DNA of 60,581 nt, filler included. It is 8 parts of 8 records of this genome, joined end to end, with 100 filler letters (N's around TTAATTAATTAA, not from the genome) between each part and the next. Parts side by side here need not be neighbours in the genome. Positions count along the whole stretch, not along the records: positions 1 to 5,026 come from SRR31147125_9324; positions 5,127 to 15,594 come from SRR31147125_9326; 6 more parts are not named here. One strand, written 5' to 3'. The notes beneath the pieces were generated by a model. It was not told the origin of the DNA, searched no databases, and worked only from the letters and a program-made list of their open reading frames with translations. Positions 1-10,673 of this stretch are shown in pieces. The translations under genes and the position numbers were made by a program. How positions within the stretch are numbered: the first letter of the stretch is position 1; each line of letters opens with the position of its first letter.

Positions 1-139
1 CAACGGATTAATACTCACTTCGGACATCCATCGCTGTAATCGTACCGCCCACTTTCGTTGGCGATACTCAACACCGATGAAACCTGTTTGATTCTCGGAA
101 TAAATCAACAACGTTAGGGGCGGTGGGCGGGATTAGATT

Positions 140-1480
140 CTATTCTCCGCTTACTTGTACCTCAGAAAATAGAATACTTGGAGCACCTATGTTTCCTTCG
201 AAGCGTAGGTCGTTTGCTAATTCTGATACGCTACCAAAAAGATTGTGGAGATTTCCTGCTATCATTACGCCTTTGACGGGATATTTTATTTCTCCATTTT
301 CTATCCACTGTCCGGAAGCGCCTAATGAAAAATCGCCTGTTACTGGATTTGCCGTATGAAGACCAACAAGATCTGTAATATAGAGACCGGTCCCCATACT
401 CTTAAACAACTCTTCCTTGCTCTTATTACCCTTCTCAACATAAGCATTACTGGCCCCGATGACAGGAAGTTCCGAATAGGAATTTCGAACTGAAGAAGAC
501 GTAGAGTCTACACCAAGCTTTTTTCCCCAATATGAATCCGCCAGCCAACTTTCTATTTTTCCACCTTTAACTAAATGAATTTTCTTGCTTGGGACACCTT
601 CTCCATCAAAAGGTTGTGATGCCAAACCACCTTTTAAGAGACCGTCATTTATAATATTTAGATTTGGTGAATAGTTGTTTTCACCTAGCTTTCCAACTAA
701 TATAGATTTCTTTTTATAGATATTATCAGCAAAAAAACTTCTACATAGAACATTTAACATGAGTGCGACGTTAACATTCTGAATCACTATAGGAATTTTG
801 GTTGTTCCAATACTCTTTGCCCCCAATAGCGACAAGGCTTCCTTTGCTGCATTTTTTCCCACAGACTCTACATCAAAACCAGAATAGTTGTGTGAAAAAT
901 CAAAATCTGTGGCCCATTGAGAATCTCCATTTGATTCAGCAACAGCTGTAATCTGACAACCACAAAGAGTGCTCTTAAAATTCAATTCCAACCCTTTTGA
1001 ATTTAGAAGATATATATTTGAGAGTGTCTCTTCATACGATGCCCTTCTCACTCTTTTCACCCTATCATCTGCAGCAAGAGCAGCATTTTCAAGATCGACA
1101 GCGCGGCTTATTTTCTCATCAATAGGTACGTTTAAGAATGTTTCATCATACACCTTCCAATCAAAAGCATTTACATCTACCGATTCCGCAAAATCATAAA
1201 CCTTGTCGGCTTCTAACTGCTGACTACTTAAAATGGCTGTCTCAATACATTTTTTTAAAGCTAAATCTTCGAATGAAGTTGTGTAAGCAAACCCCATTCT
1301 ATTTTCATTGATAACTCTTATTGCTAAACCAATTTCAGAGGATTGGTCTAGAGAATTTACAGCACCCTCTTTTGAGTCAATCAACAGGTTATCTTCTTGT
1401 GAACAGTAGAGCTCAAAGGCATCTAGTTTTTTTGTTTTCAAATAATCGAAGGTTTTCTTAAGCTCACTTTGCAAATCCAT
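140..1480 (-). CDS. pmbA: TldD/PmbA family protein (PmbA/TldE-like)
   Basis: 446 aa with PmbA-type motifs: PFDGEGVP, GLHTANPVTGDFSLGASG and C-terminal PVKGVMIAGNL. Confidence 0.9.
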   Translation of the reverse strand: MDLQSELKKTFDYLKTKKLDAFELYCSQEDNLLIDSKEGAVNSLDQSSEIGLAIRVINENRMGFAYTTSFEDLALKKCIETAILSSQQLEADKVYDFAESVDVNAFDWKVYDETFLNVPIDEKISRAVDLENAALAADDRVKRVRRASYEETLSNIYLLNSKGLELNFKSTLCGCQITAVAESNGDSQWATDFDFSHNYSGFDVESVGKNAAKEALSLLGAKSIGTTKIPIVIQNVNVALMLNVLCRSFFADNIYKKKSILVGKLGENNYSPNLNIINDGLLKGGLASQPFDGEGVPSKKIHLVKGGKIESWLADSYWGKKLGVDSTSSSVRNSYSELPVIGASNAYVEKGNKSKEELFKSMGTGLYITDLVGLHTANPVTGDFSLGASGQWIENGEIKYPVKGVMIAGNLHNLFGSVSELANDLRFEGNIGAPSILFSEVQVSGE

Positions 1481-3152
1481 TTATGCTCCTTACCAACATC
1501 TCTTTAGCATGATTAATGGCGGTTTCAGTAATATCCGACCCGCCCAGCATTCTCGCAATTTCATCAATACGATTTTTTTCATCGAGACCGTCAAATCTTG
1601 TAACAGTCCTACCCTTCACAACCTCTTTAGAAACTCTCATATGGTAGTTTCCAAAACTTGCCACTTGAGGCAAGTGAGTAATACAAACAATCTGTCTTTT
1701 ATCAGACATCTCCATCAGCTTTTCACCAACAACCTCAGCTACACTTCCTCCAATACCAACATCGACTTCATCAAAGACCTCTAAAACAGCCAAGTTTATC
1801 TTTTTTATCAAAACACATTTGATAGCCAACAGAATCCTCGACAGTTCACCACCCGAGGCAATTGAGGCCAAAGGCTTCAAAGGCTCACCTTGGTTTGGAG
1901 ATATTTCAAAGACAAAACTATCAAGACCATTACTATCAGCAGAGTCAATATCCAACTTAGTATGCTTGGCTGAAAAAGTTGTCTTTTTCAGACCCAAACC
2001 ATCAAGCTCTATCTGCACCATTTTACTCAATTTGTCGGCATTGGATTTTCTAACCTTAGACAAACGGTTTCCGGCGCCCATCAAGGAGAATTTAGCTTCA
2101 TCAAGCTCCTTCTGGATAGAGGCTATTTCCTCATCACAATTTTCAATCATAGACAATTTCTGTTTTAGCTCTTCAAGCTTTGCCAAAACATCATCAATCG
2201 TTCCGCCATACTTTTTCTTAAGTCGATTAAGTTCAAAAATTCTCGATTCGATCTCCTCCAATCTATTTGGATCTATTTTCAAAGTGCTAAGATAATCCTG
2301 CATTCCTCGTGAAAGCTCTTGAACGGCAACTTGGGCTTGATCACACAGTTCTACCCAGCTTTTTATTTTCGAATCTATGGAAGATGCTTCCTGAACTTTT
2401 TCAAAAATTTCTGAAAGCTTTGATTCTATACAATCATCATTAGAATAGAGAACCTCTTCCGCACTCTTTACATTCTCAAACAATTTAGCTGAATGTTTGA
2501 CAACATTGAGTTCGTTTTGGAGTTCTTCATCTTCACCTGCCACCAAACTAGCCGATTCTATCTCATTAATCTGGAACTTTAAAAACTCTGTCTGTTCTAC
2601 CGATGCCGCAGATAGGTTCTCCAATTCACGTAACTTATCTTTGAGACTGAAATACTTTTCATATTCCGTTTTATATTCTGCAATCAGCTCTGATGTATCC
2701 CCAAACCTATCAACAAACTCTAGATGAACATCCTCATTTAGAAGTTTCTGATGCTCATGTTGAGAAGATATCTCAAGGAGATAGCTACTAATAGATTTAA
2801 GCTCGGTAACTGTTATAGGCTGGCCATTAACAAAGGCTCTCGATTTACCCTTTTTATTCACACTTCTCTTAATTATCAGTTCGCTGTCAATATTGTAGCC
2901 ACGATCTTTCATCTGAGCAATCAACTCAGGAGATATTTTTTCGAGATCAAATGCAGCAACAACACTTGCTTCATCAGTTCCATGGCGAACAACATCAGAA
3001 GAAGCCTTTTTCCCAGCGATCAATCCTAGGGCTGCTATGATTATCGACTTACCTGCACCAGTTTCACCAGTCAAAATATTCAAACCGGGTTCAAAAGGAA
3101 TTGAAAGATCCTCAATGATAGCAAAATTATTAATATAAAGTTCGGTTAACAT
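1464..3152 (-). CDS. recN: DNA repair protein RecN
   Basis: Walker A LTGETGAGKS, long coiled coil, signature ASGGELSR, VFDEVDVG, ITHLPQVA and EIARMLGG. Start placed at ATG 3152 (MLTELYINNFA). Confidence 0.95.
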   Translation of the reverse strand: MLTELYINNFAIIEDLSIPFEPGLNILTGETGAGKSIIIAALGLIAGKKASSDVVRHGTDEASVVAAFDLEKISPELIAQMKDRGYNIDSELIIKRSVNKKGKSRAFVNGQPITVTELKSISSYLLEISSQHEHQKLLNEDVHLEFVDRFGDTSELIAEYKTEYEKYFSLKDKLRELENLSAASVEQTEFLKFQINEIESASLVAGEDEELQNELNVVKHSAKLFENVKSAEEVLYSNDDCIESKLSEIFEKVQEASSIDSKIKSWVELCDQAQVAVQELSRGMQDYLSTLKIDPNRLEEIESRIFELNRLKKKYGGTIDDVLAKLEELKQKLSMIENCDEEIASIQKELDEAKFSLMGAGNRLSKVRKSNADKLSKMVQIELDGLGLKKTTFSAKHTKLDIDSADSNGLDSFVFEISPNQGEPLKPLASIASGGELSRILLAIKCVLIKKINLAVLEVFDEVDVGIGGSVAEVVGEKLMEMSDKRQIVCITHLPQVASFGNYHMRVSKEVVKGRTVTRFDGLDEKNRIDEIARMLGGSDITETAINHAKEMLVRSINGFAK

Positions 3153-3157
3153 ACAAC

Positions 3158-4918
3158 TCACTTAATATAGACAAGACCTTTGTCTTCTCTACCGTTCATT
3201 ATGGCTTGGGCATACTTTTTATCTGAAATGTCCGAAACTTTTAAAACTTTTACTAAATCCTCAAACTTCGAATAGTATTCATCTTTCAAAAGTTCTCTAA
3301 ACCCATTCCCCTCATTTAGAAGATCTTCGTTCAAAAAAGATTCCTCCTCTTCTGGATAAAGAGGAACATAGACAATATCATCTTCTATTAAATCCTGAAA
3401 AAAGTGGGTTCCATATGAAACTTCGGGCAAATAGTCAGCTTCTTTCAGTGAAATTTCAACAAGCATCTTTGTATTTGCTATCTCCGAATATTTAATAGGA
3501 ACACCAAGTTCCGGATTAACAGAGCCCCAACGTCCAGGCCCCATCAAAATATAAGTTTTATCTTCGAGAAGATCATTCAATTTCCCAACAACCCTAGCAA
3601 CAGCATATTTATCATTAGCCGGCCATTTTTTATATTTTGCTGGATCAACATAAACAACATATTCAATCTTCTTAATCTTTGCAGTTGGAGCCAATTTGTG
3701 TGCGTAAAAGATCTGTTTTTTCTTTGGAACTTTTGGAAGAGCTCTTGGTTTAAGATTTTCTCTTTGAGATAGAGGCCTACATTGAACAAGATAGAAATGA
3801 GCCTCTTCGGGATCTTCATCAACCCTAACTGCAAATTCTATATCGACAGGAACTTCAAAAGTTTTTTCGAGCTCTTTGAGTATCCACTTTGAAACCTTAT
3901 GCATATCCATACCCTGCCAAGGCATAGAGAGAACACCGTTGAATGTCAAAACAGGTACATGACCCTTATTCCAAAGATTCGAAGATGGCTCGTATAGATA
4001 ATTACCATCTTTAAGAGAAAAAAGTTTTTGAGCCCTTGGATAACAGTCAAAACCGTCCTTAACAACTTCTTTAATTCGAACCTGCTTCAAAGCATTTTGC
4101 TTAAGATCAAGGACATCGACAACGCCTTGAGAAAACTTTGCAATTGATGCAGCATCCGCACCCTCAGGTCTCGACATCGGCTTCCCTGGTGAAAAGATTC
4201 TTGCATAACCTCTTCCAACAGCCCTTGTTCCAAGACCAAAGACGAGCCTAACAATTCCATCTTCCTTTTTAATCTCACTGTTCCAACAATAGCCGCTTAT
4301 TGAAAAACCGACACCAGCCATCAGTGGTAAAAAATAGTCTTTATATTCACGACCAACAGCTTGTTGAAGCAAAATAGCCATCTGCTCGTTTTCTTCTAGA
4401 ATATTATGCTTATTTCTATATTGAAGAGCACTCGGATTGTAGGTCGATGCATAGACCTCTTTTATTGCATGACAGAGCTGCTCCAACCTCTCTTCAATTG
4501 TCCCTTTATTGTTAATAAAAATCGTCTCATATTTTCCTGCAAAAGAAGTCCCTGGTTTGTCTTCGAGCATTGAAGAAGAACGAACAGCCAAAGGATAATC
4601 CATCTTTTCTAAAATATGTCTAAAGGAGTCACGAATAGGTTCAGAAAATTTTCCATAGAGAAAATGTCCACGCAGAATCTCGTAAGCAGTATCTTCTTTC
4701 CACTTGTGTTGTTGAATTAATGGACCCAATTGGTTTTCTTTCACAAACGCAGCAAAAACATCTGTTGTAATGCAAGAAGTTACAGGGAATCTTATCTTTG
4801 AAGCTAAATCTGGATTCGCCTTAACAACATCGGAACGCTCCAGATAGTTTTTAGCCTTAAAATAACCTACAGCTTTTCCACCTACCATTCCAGATCCAAC
4901 TATAATTGCTTCGTGCAT
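3158..4918 (-). CDS. PEP/pyruvate-binding domain protein (PPDK/PEP synthase N-terminal ATP-grasp-like)
   Basis: Motifs VGGKAVG, AVRSSSMLED, SFAGKYET, PVDIEFA, VQCRPL, GPGRWGS and SYGTHFFQDL. No phospho-His swivel domain recognised. Confidence 0.85.
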   Translation of the reverse strand: MHEAIIVGSGMVGGKAVGYFKAKNYLERSDVVKANPDLASKIRFPVTSCITTDVFAAFVKENQLGPLIQQHKWKEDTAYEILRGHFLYGKFSEPIRDSFRHILEKMDYPLAVRSSSMLEDKPGTSFAGKYETIFINNKGTIEERLEQLCHAIKEVYASTYNPSALQYRNKHNILEENEQMAILLQQAVGREYKDYFLPLMAGVGFSISGYCWNSEIKKEDGIVRLVFGLGTRAVGRGYARIFSPGKPMSRPEGADAASIAKFSQGVVDVLDLKQNALKQVRIKEVVKDGFDCYPRAQKLFSLKDGNYLYEPSSNLWNKGHVPVLTFNGVLSMPWQGMDMHKVSKWILKELEKTFEVPVDIEFAVRVDEDPEEAHFYLVQCRPLSQRENLKPRALPKVPKKKQIFYAHKLAPTAKIKKIEYVVYVDPAKYKKWPANDKYAVARVVGKLNDLLEDKTYILMGPGRWGSVNPELGVPIKYSEIANTKMLVEISLKEADYLPEVSYGTHFFQDLIEDDIVYVPLYPEEEESFLNEDLLNEGNGFRELLKDEYYSKFEDLVKVLKVSDISDKKYAQAIMNGREDKGLVYIK

Positions 4919-4971
4919 GAAAACCCCTTAGTTATTTTCAATAAAGATCTCTGAAACACTTAAATAGATAC

Positions 4972-5013
4972 AAAAAAAGGGAAGCAAGAAAAATATTTCT
5001 TAGCTTCCCTTTT
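4972..5013 (-). terminator. Probable intrinsic terminator hairpin
   Basis: Inverted repeat AAAAGGGAAGC (4975-4985) / GCTTCCCTTTT (5003-5013) with A/T runs on both sides. Confidence 0.55.
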
Positions 5014-5026
5014 ATATTACTTAAAA

Positions 5027-5126
5027 NNNNNNNNNNNNNNNNNNNNNNNNNNNNNNNNNNNNNNNNNNNNTTAATTAATTAANNNNNNNNNNNNNNNNNN
5101 NNNNNNNNNNNNNNNNNNNNNNNNNN
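5027..5126. other. Artificial contig spacer (N44-TTAATTAATTAA-N44)
   Basis: N runs around a 12-mer with stops in all six frames; the identical spacer occurs seven times. Confidence 0.98.
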
Positions 5127-5564
5127 AAAAAGGTGAATAGTGAATGTCATGAACCGGTCATAACAGTTGATTATTACCCCACTATACTCGATTTGGCAGA
5201 CGTGAAAGGCAGTCCCAAACACAAAAAGGATGTTGATGGTGTGAGTCTGGTGCCCCTTCTTAAAGTAAACAGGGCATCGTTGGCGCGTGAGGCCATTTAC
5301 TGGCACTATCCCCATTATCATCCTGGCGGAGCTACGCCCTACAGTGCTGTTCGAAAAGGACCTTTCAAATTGATCGAGTTTTTTGAGGACGGGAAACTGG
5401 AACTTTATGATGTGGAAAAAGATATCGGCGAATCTCGTGATTTGGTCAATGAAATGCCGGAAAAAGTCACCGAGCTTTATACGCTGTTAACAAAATGGCG
5501 AAAAACAAGTCACGCTCAGATGCCGACACTAAATCCCAGGTATGATGCTGCAAAAGATAAGTAA
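5127..5564 (+). CDS. Arylsulfatase A-like sulfatase, C-terminal part (5' truncated by contig edge)
   Basis: DYYPTILDLA, DGVSLVPLL, IYWHYPHY, AVRKGPFKLI and ELYDVEKDIGE are typical sulfatase C-terminal motifs. Confidence 0.88.
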   Translation, partial: KKVNSECHEPVITVDYYPTILDLADVKGSPKHKKDVDGVSLVPLLKVNRASLAREAIYWHYPHYHPGGATPYSAVRKGPFKLIEFFEDGKLELYDVEKDIGESRDLVNEMPEKVTELYTLLTKWRKTSHAQMPTLNPRYDAAKDK

Positions 5565-5688
5565 ATCACATAATTTTGATATTATCAATTATGTGATAAT
5601 ATAGTTGTGCTGTGGAACTTTTGTGTTTTGATTTATTGTTTATATTTCAAAATATGTGTGTATTTATATAATCAGCACCGGAGGTTAC

Positions 5689-7104
5689 ATGGCGTTAATT
5701 TATGTATTGATTATCGTTCAATTATTTATCATGTTTGGCGTTACGGTTGTCCAATCTGAAGATAATATATTTAAGGTCGGCCAGCCCTTCCCGGATATCG
5801 TGTTGCCTGCGCTGAAAAATGGTCAACCAGGCTCTGTCTCTGATTTTCGTGGACAAAAGCTTATATTACACATCTTTGCTTCCTGGTGAGCGGGGTGCCG
5901 CAAGCACGTGCCCGGGTGGCATGAAGCAACAAAACCGTTACAAGATGATGGAAAGATCAGGATGGTCGGCATCATTCAGGAACAGCACCCTGAACGGACA
6001 CGACTCTTTATGCAGTGGAAACAAATGGATTGGCCAATACTCGTTGATCCCTTGAATCTGCTAAAAGTGCCTGTTGTACCAATAACATTGGCTATTGATG
6101 AATATGGCATCATACGAAAAATAAAGCCGTCTTTAAAAGATGCAAAACGTTTTTTGACGGAATTTGTTCATACAACATACAAAAAGCCAATATGTGACAA
6201 TCAGGTGAAGGCCGGGAAACCTGATATAAATAACCTTGAGGCTAACTTAAAAAGTGGTACAGCCGAATCCTGGCAAAAATATGGTGATGCTCTTGCCTTA
6301 TGGAGTAATCAAAAACATCGTGAAGCTATTCATGCCTATCAAAAAGGTCTTGAGGTAGAGCCTGGAAATGCAAATATAAATTTTCGGCTTGGAGTTGCGT
6401 ATCGAATGCGCTATGATTCAGAAAATCGTCAAGCCGGAGACTTTGGTAATGCGGTGAAATACTGGTCAAAAGCACTTAAGATCGATCCGAATAATTATAT
6501 CTGGCGGCGTCGAATCCAGCAGTATGGTCCACGCCTGGATAAACCATACCCTTTTTATGACTGGATCCATGTGGCTCGCAAAAAAATACAGGCTCGTGGA
6601 GAGATCCCATTTCCGTTAAATGTCGAACCGGGCGGAGCTGAATTTGTTTCGCCAGTGAAAGAATTTAAAGGTTCCGGGATATCTGAAAGTGAACCGGATC
6701 CAAAGGGATTGGTTTATCGCGATGAAAAAAGATTTATTTCATCAGAAGTAACCATTGTACCACCTGAAATGAAATCCGGAGCTGTGGCTCGGGTCCATGT
6801 CGTATTGAGGCCACATCAGGATATTAAAGCACACTGGAATAATGAAGTTGAAGATATGGTGTTTTGGGTGAATCCGCCTGAGGGATGGCACATCGATAGA
6901 GCTTTATTTACGGTTCCAAGTCCTTCATTTGCTCTGAGCCGGGAGATACGAAAAATAGAATTTGAAATACAATGCCCGGATAAAGTGGATGCGGGTTTTG
7001 TCTTTTTCAATGGATATGCCCTTTATTATGTATGTGAAGATGTGGATGGCGCTTGTCTCTATAGACGGCAAGATGTTTCTTTTCAGATTAGAATTGTTGA
7101 ATAA
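5689..7104 (+). CDS. Probable selenoprotein: signal/TM segment, thioredoxin-fold (AhpC/TSA, TlpA-like) domain with UxxC, TPR, C-terminal DsbD-N-like domain; Sec at TGA 5887-5889
   Basis: ORFs 5656-5889 and 5908-7104 are in the same frame, separated by a single TGA. Read-through gives HIFASW-U-AGCRKHVPGW, matching the WCxxC site. RBS GGAGG precedes ATG 5689. Confidence 0.8.
5907..5923 (+). promoter_or_regulatory. Candidate bacterial SECIS hairpin
   Basis: CGTGCC-CGGGT-GGCATG stem-loop. The loop starts 23 nt after the in-frame TGA and has G at loop position 2, consistent with the bSECIS model. Confidence 0.55.
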
Positions 7105-7265
7105 AATGGATATTGTTTCCGGATATCAGTCAGGTGGATACAGGTATTTGTAATTGTTGGGCCGGATATATAGTCTATGTAAATAAAAAAATGCTTGAAA
7201 TAGATTCCTATATTATAATATTGTTTTGCTAAAATATTTATAGAATTGAAGAGGAGATAACATTA

Positions 7266-8303
7266 ATGGGATTTGACAAAAACAGGATCCGTGACGAAAA
7301 AGAACTGGAAGAGGTACTGTCCACGCCATCACCGGAACTCATTGAAACGTTATCAGGATTAAGCGGGGATATCCTTATTCTTGGTGCAGGAGGAAAGATG
7401 GGTCCTTCCCTGGCAAGACTGGCAAAACGGGCAATTGATGCTAGTGGTAAGAAGAAAAAGATTATTGGTGTATCGCGGTTTTCATCCAAAGATACCAAAA
7501 CATATTTGAATAACCAGGGTATTGAAACGATACCAGGGGATTTACTTGATCAAAAATTTCTTGCCGGTTTACCGGGGGTGGAAAATGTGATCTATTTAGC
7601 GGGTATGAAATTTGGATCCACCGGGAATTTACCTCTTACATGGGCTATGAATACTTATCTTCCATCCCTGATTGGTGAGAAATTTAAAAAATCCCGACTT
7701 GTTGCGTTATCAACCGGAAATGTTTATCCATTTGTCAAGATTAAAAATGGCGGCTGCACAGAAGATGACATGCCTGCACCCATTGGCGAATATGCCCAAT
7801 CCTGCCTTGGACGTGAGCGTGTTTTTCAGTATTTCAGTCAACAATACAGCATCCCCATGAGCCTGATTCGATTGAATTATGCTGTGGATATACGTTACGG
7901 TGTTTTGGTGGATATTGCCACAAAAGTGAGCAGGGAAGAACCTGTGGATGTGACCATGGGATATGTCAATGTCATATGGCAGGGAGACGCAAATTCAATG
8001 ATTCTACGTTCTCTGTCACTTTGTCAATCGCCGGCCAGGATTTTGAATCTTACCGGTCCGGAAGTTGTTTCGGTCAGATGGCTTGCCGAGCAATTTGGGC
8101 AGCTTTTGAACAAAGAACCTAAAATAGTTGGTGAAGAAGCTGAAACTGCCTTATTGAATAATGCGGTCCATACGTTTGGCCATTTTGGTTATCCTACAGT
8201 CTCTTTAAAAAAGATGATAGGATGGATTGCAGAATGGATAAAGAGTGAAAAACCGCTGTTAAATAAACCTACACATTTTGAAACCAGAACCGGTGCATTT
8301 TAA
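7266..8303 (+). CDS. NAD-dependent epimerase/dehydratase family protein
   Basis: Rossmann motif ILGAGGKMG, plus STGNVY, EYAQSCLGRE and RLNYA. Confidence 0.85.
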   Translation: MGFDKNRIRDEKELEEVLSTPSPELIETLSGLSGDILILGAGGKMGPSLARLAKRAIDASGKKKKIIGVSRFSSKDTKTYLNNQGIETIPGDLLDQKFLAGLPGVENVIYLAGMKFGSTGNLPLTWAMNTYLPSLIGEKFKKSRLVALSTGNVYPFVKIKNGGCTEDDMPAPIGEYAQSCLGRERVFQYFSQQYSIPMSLIRLNYAVDIRYGVLVDIATKVSREEPVDVTMGYVNVIWQGDANSMILRSLSLCQSPARILNLTGPEVVSVRWLAEQFGQLLNKEPKIVGEEAETALLNNAVHTFGHFGYPTVSLKKMIGWIAEWIKSEKPLLNKPTHFETRTGAF

Positions 8304-8319
8304 TACAGGAATCAAAACT

Positions 8320-9384
8320 ATGACAACATGTCCACAAGAAATTCTCGCTGCGCTACAAAATGGCACTGTTATTCCGGCCCATCCGCTTGCTCTGACCGAA
8401 AACAGAAAACTGGATGAAAAAAGACAGCGCGTTAACACGTTATTACCTCCATGCCGGAGTTGGTGGAATGGCTGTGGCTGTGCACACGACCCAGTTTGAA
8501 ATCCGTGAACCTCAATTCAAACTTTTTCAGCCCGTACTCGAGTTGGCTGGTGAAGAAATTGATGATTTTAGCGTATTAACAAAAAAGCCAATTGTTAAAA
8601 TTGCCGGCATAGTGGGCCAGACCAAACAGGCTGTAGCAGAGGCACAACTGGTGGCTGATTTAGGTTATCATGCCGCACTTTTAAGTCTGGCTGCTTTTAA
8701 ACACGCCTCGAATGAGGAATTATTGGAGCATTGTCGACAGGTAGCCCAGGTCATTCCTGTGGTTGGTTTTTATTTACAACCATCCGTGGGTGGCCGTCGC
8801 CTTGATTTTGACTTTTGGCGGCAATTTGCAGAAATTGAAAACGTCATTGCCATCAAAATAGCTCCTTTTAATCGATATCAAAGCCTTGATGTGATTCGTG
8901 GTGTTGCCGAATCCGGGAGATCTAAGGAGATTGCTCTCTATACCGGTAATGATGATAATATCATCCCAGATCTGGTGACGGATTATGAGGTCCAGGTGGG
9001 AGATCAATCTGTGAAAATGGAAATTGTGGGTGGCTTGTTAGGACACTGGGCTGTCTGGACAAAGCGTGTGGTGGAATTGTTTCAACAAGTCAAAAAAATG
9101 AAAGCAGCGGGACAAACAATTCCTAAGGAGTTACTGACTCTTGGAGGTAAAATAACCGATTGTAATGCTGCATTTTTTGATGTGGCACATAATTTTGCCG
9201 GTGTTATTACCGGTATCCATGAAGTCCTTCGTCGTCAGGGATTGCTACAGGGTATCTGGACTCTTAATCCCAATGAAACTCTCTCGCCGGGACAAAAGAA
9301 GAAATAGATCGGGTGTACGCTGCTTATCCTGAATTAAACGATGATGCTTTTATTCAGGAACATCTCCATAAATGGTTAACCTGA
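8320..9384 (+). CDS. Dihydrodipicolinate synthase (DapA-like class I aldolase) family protein; two apparent frameshifts (~8430, ~9297)
   Basis: VIPAHPLAL...DEKRQR continues in another frame as ALTRYY...AVAVHTTQF, FYLQPSVGG, AIKIAPF. The C-terminus EEIDRVYAAYPELNDD needs one more A at 9294-9297. Confidence 0.8.
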
Positions 9385-9420
9385 CCTTTTTGATATCTTT
9401 CGATTCGTGAGGAGTTATAA

Positions 9421-10632
9421 ATGCGTAAAGCATTGTATTTTCTATTGGCTTGTATCGTTATTTTTATTTTAATGATGTGCACAATATCGAAAAAGCAGGC
9501 TGTTGAATGGACTCATCTGAGTACGGCCAAAGGAGACCTGGCCTGGCCAAATAACGGTGCTCAGCAAACCTCTACGGCTGTGCTGGATATTGACAAAAAT
9601 GGAATAAATGATTTTGTTATTTCGGAACGCTCTATGGCGCCCTCGGTTGTCTGGTATCGGCGCACAGAAACAGGATGGAATAGATACATAATTGACGATA
9701 CCGCTTTGCGAATTGATGCCGGATCTGCTCAATGTGATATAGATCGTGATGGAGATCTTGATCTTGTCTTTGCCGGAGATGGTTCAAGTCCATATGTGTG
9801 GTGGTGGGAAAATCCTTATCCGAATTTCCAGCCGGACATATCCTGGAAAAGACGCGAAATTAAGAATTTTGGTGCAAATAAACACCACGATCAACTTTTT
9901 GGGGATTTTGATGGAGATAACCAACCGGAACTTGTATTCTGGAATCAAGGGGCTAAAAAGTTGTATCTTGCTGATATCCCTGAAAATCCAAAAGAAAATA
10001 CCACCTGGGACCTAACCGCCATTTACTCCTATTCTTCAGAGTCTGAGCCTGTCCAACATGGACAATACCCCACATGGAAAGGGGTGAATGAGCATGAGGG
10101 TCTGGCAAAAGGTGACATTGATGGAGATGGAAAAATCGATATCGTTGGGGGCGGCCTTTGGTTTAAACAGATTGAAGGTTATGAATATACTCCGAATGTT
10201 ATTGATGAGTCTTATCATTTTTCCCGGTCAGCTGTTGGGCAGTTGATCGAAGGAGGTCGTCCGGAGATTGTTATGGTTGTCGGCGATGGCAGGGCTCCTA
10301 TGATTATGTATAAGTGGAAAGAGGATGCATGGATTCCTTATTTATTAATCGATGCTGTTCAGGATGGACATAGTCTTGACATTGTTGATTTTAATGGTGA
10401 CGGATTTCTTGATATTTTTAATGCTGAAATGCGTTTGGGTGAGAATCCCGGGGCTAAGACGCGGATATTATATGGAGACGGCAAGGGGAACTTTAATATT
10501 GAAGAGGTTTTAACCGGGTATGGATTACATGAATCCAGGATTGCTGATTTAGATGGGGATGGTGACTATGACATATTGGGAAAACCGTACAAGTGGGAAT
10601 CTCCACGGTTGGATATATGGTTAAATAATTAG
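9421..10632 (+). CDS. FG-GAP/VCBS repeat beta-propeller protein, exported
   Basis: Multiple DxDxDGxxD repeats (DIDKNGIND, DIDRDGDLD, DFDGDNQPE, DIDGDGKID, DFNGDGFLD, DLDGDGDYD) and an N-terminal signal. Confidence 0.88.
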   Translation: MRKALYFLLACIVIFILMMCTISKKQAVEWTHLSTAKGDLAWPNNGAQQTSTAVLDIDKNGINDFVISERSMAPSVVWYRRTETGWNRYIIDDTALRIDAGSAQCDIDRDGDLDLVFAGDGSSPYVWWWENPYPNFQPDISWKRREIKNFGANKHHDQLFGDFDGDNQPELVFWNQGAKKLYLADIPENPKENTTWDLTAIYSYSSESEPVQHGQYPTWKGVNEHEGLAKGDIDGDGKIDIVGGGLWFKQIEGYEYTPNVIDESYHFSRSAVGQLIEGGRPEIVMVVGDGRAPMIMYKWKEDAWIPYLLIDAVQDGHSLDIVDFNGDGFLDIFNAEMRLGENPGAKTRILYGDGKGNFNIEEVLTGYGLHESRIADLDGDGDYDILGKPYKWESPRLDIWLNN

Positions 10633-10673
10633 AAATGTCATTATTTTTGTAATATTTTTAGTTTCATGTTAAA

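Noticed and set aside
65-100. CCGATGA...hammerhead-like core
   Set aside because: Core deviates from CUGANGA and there is no correctly placed GAAA after a stem.
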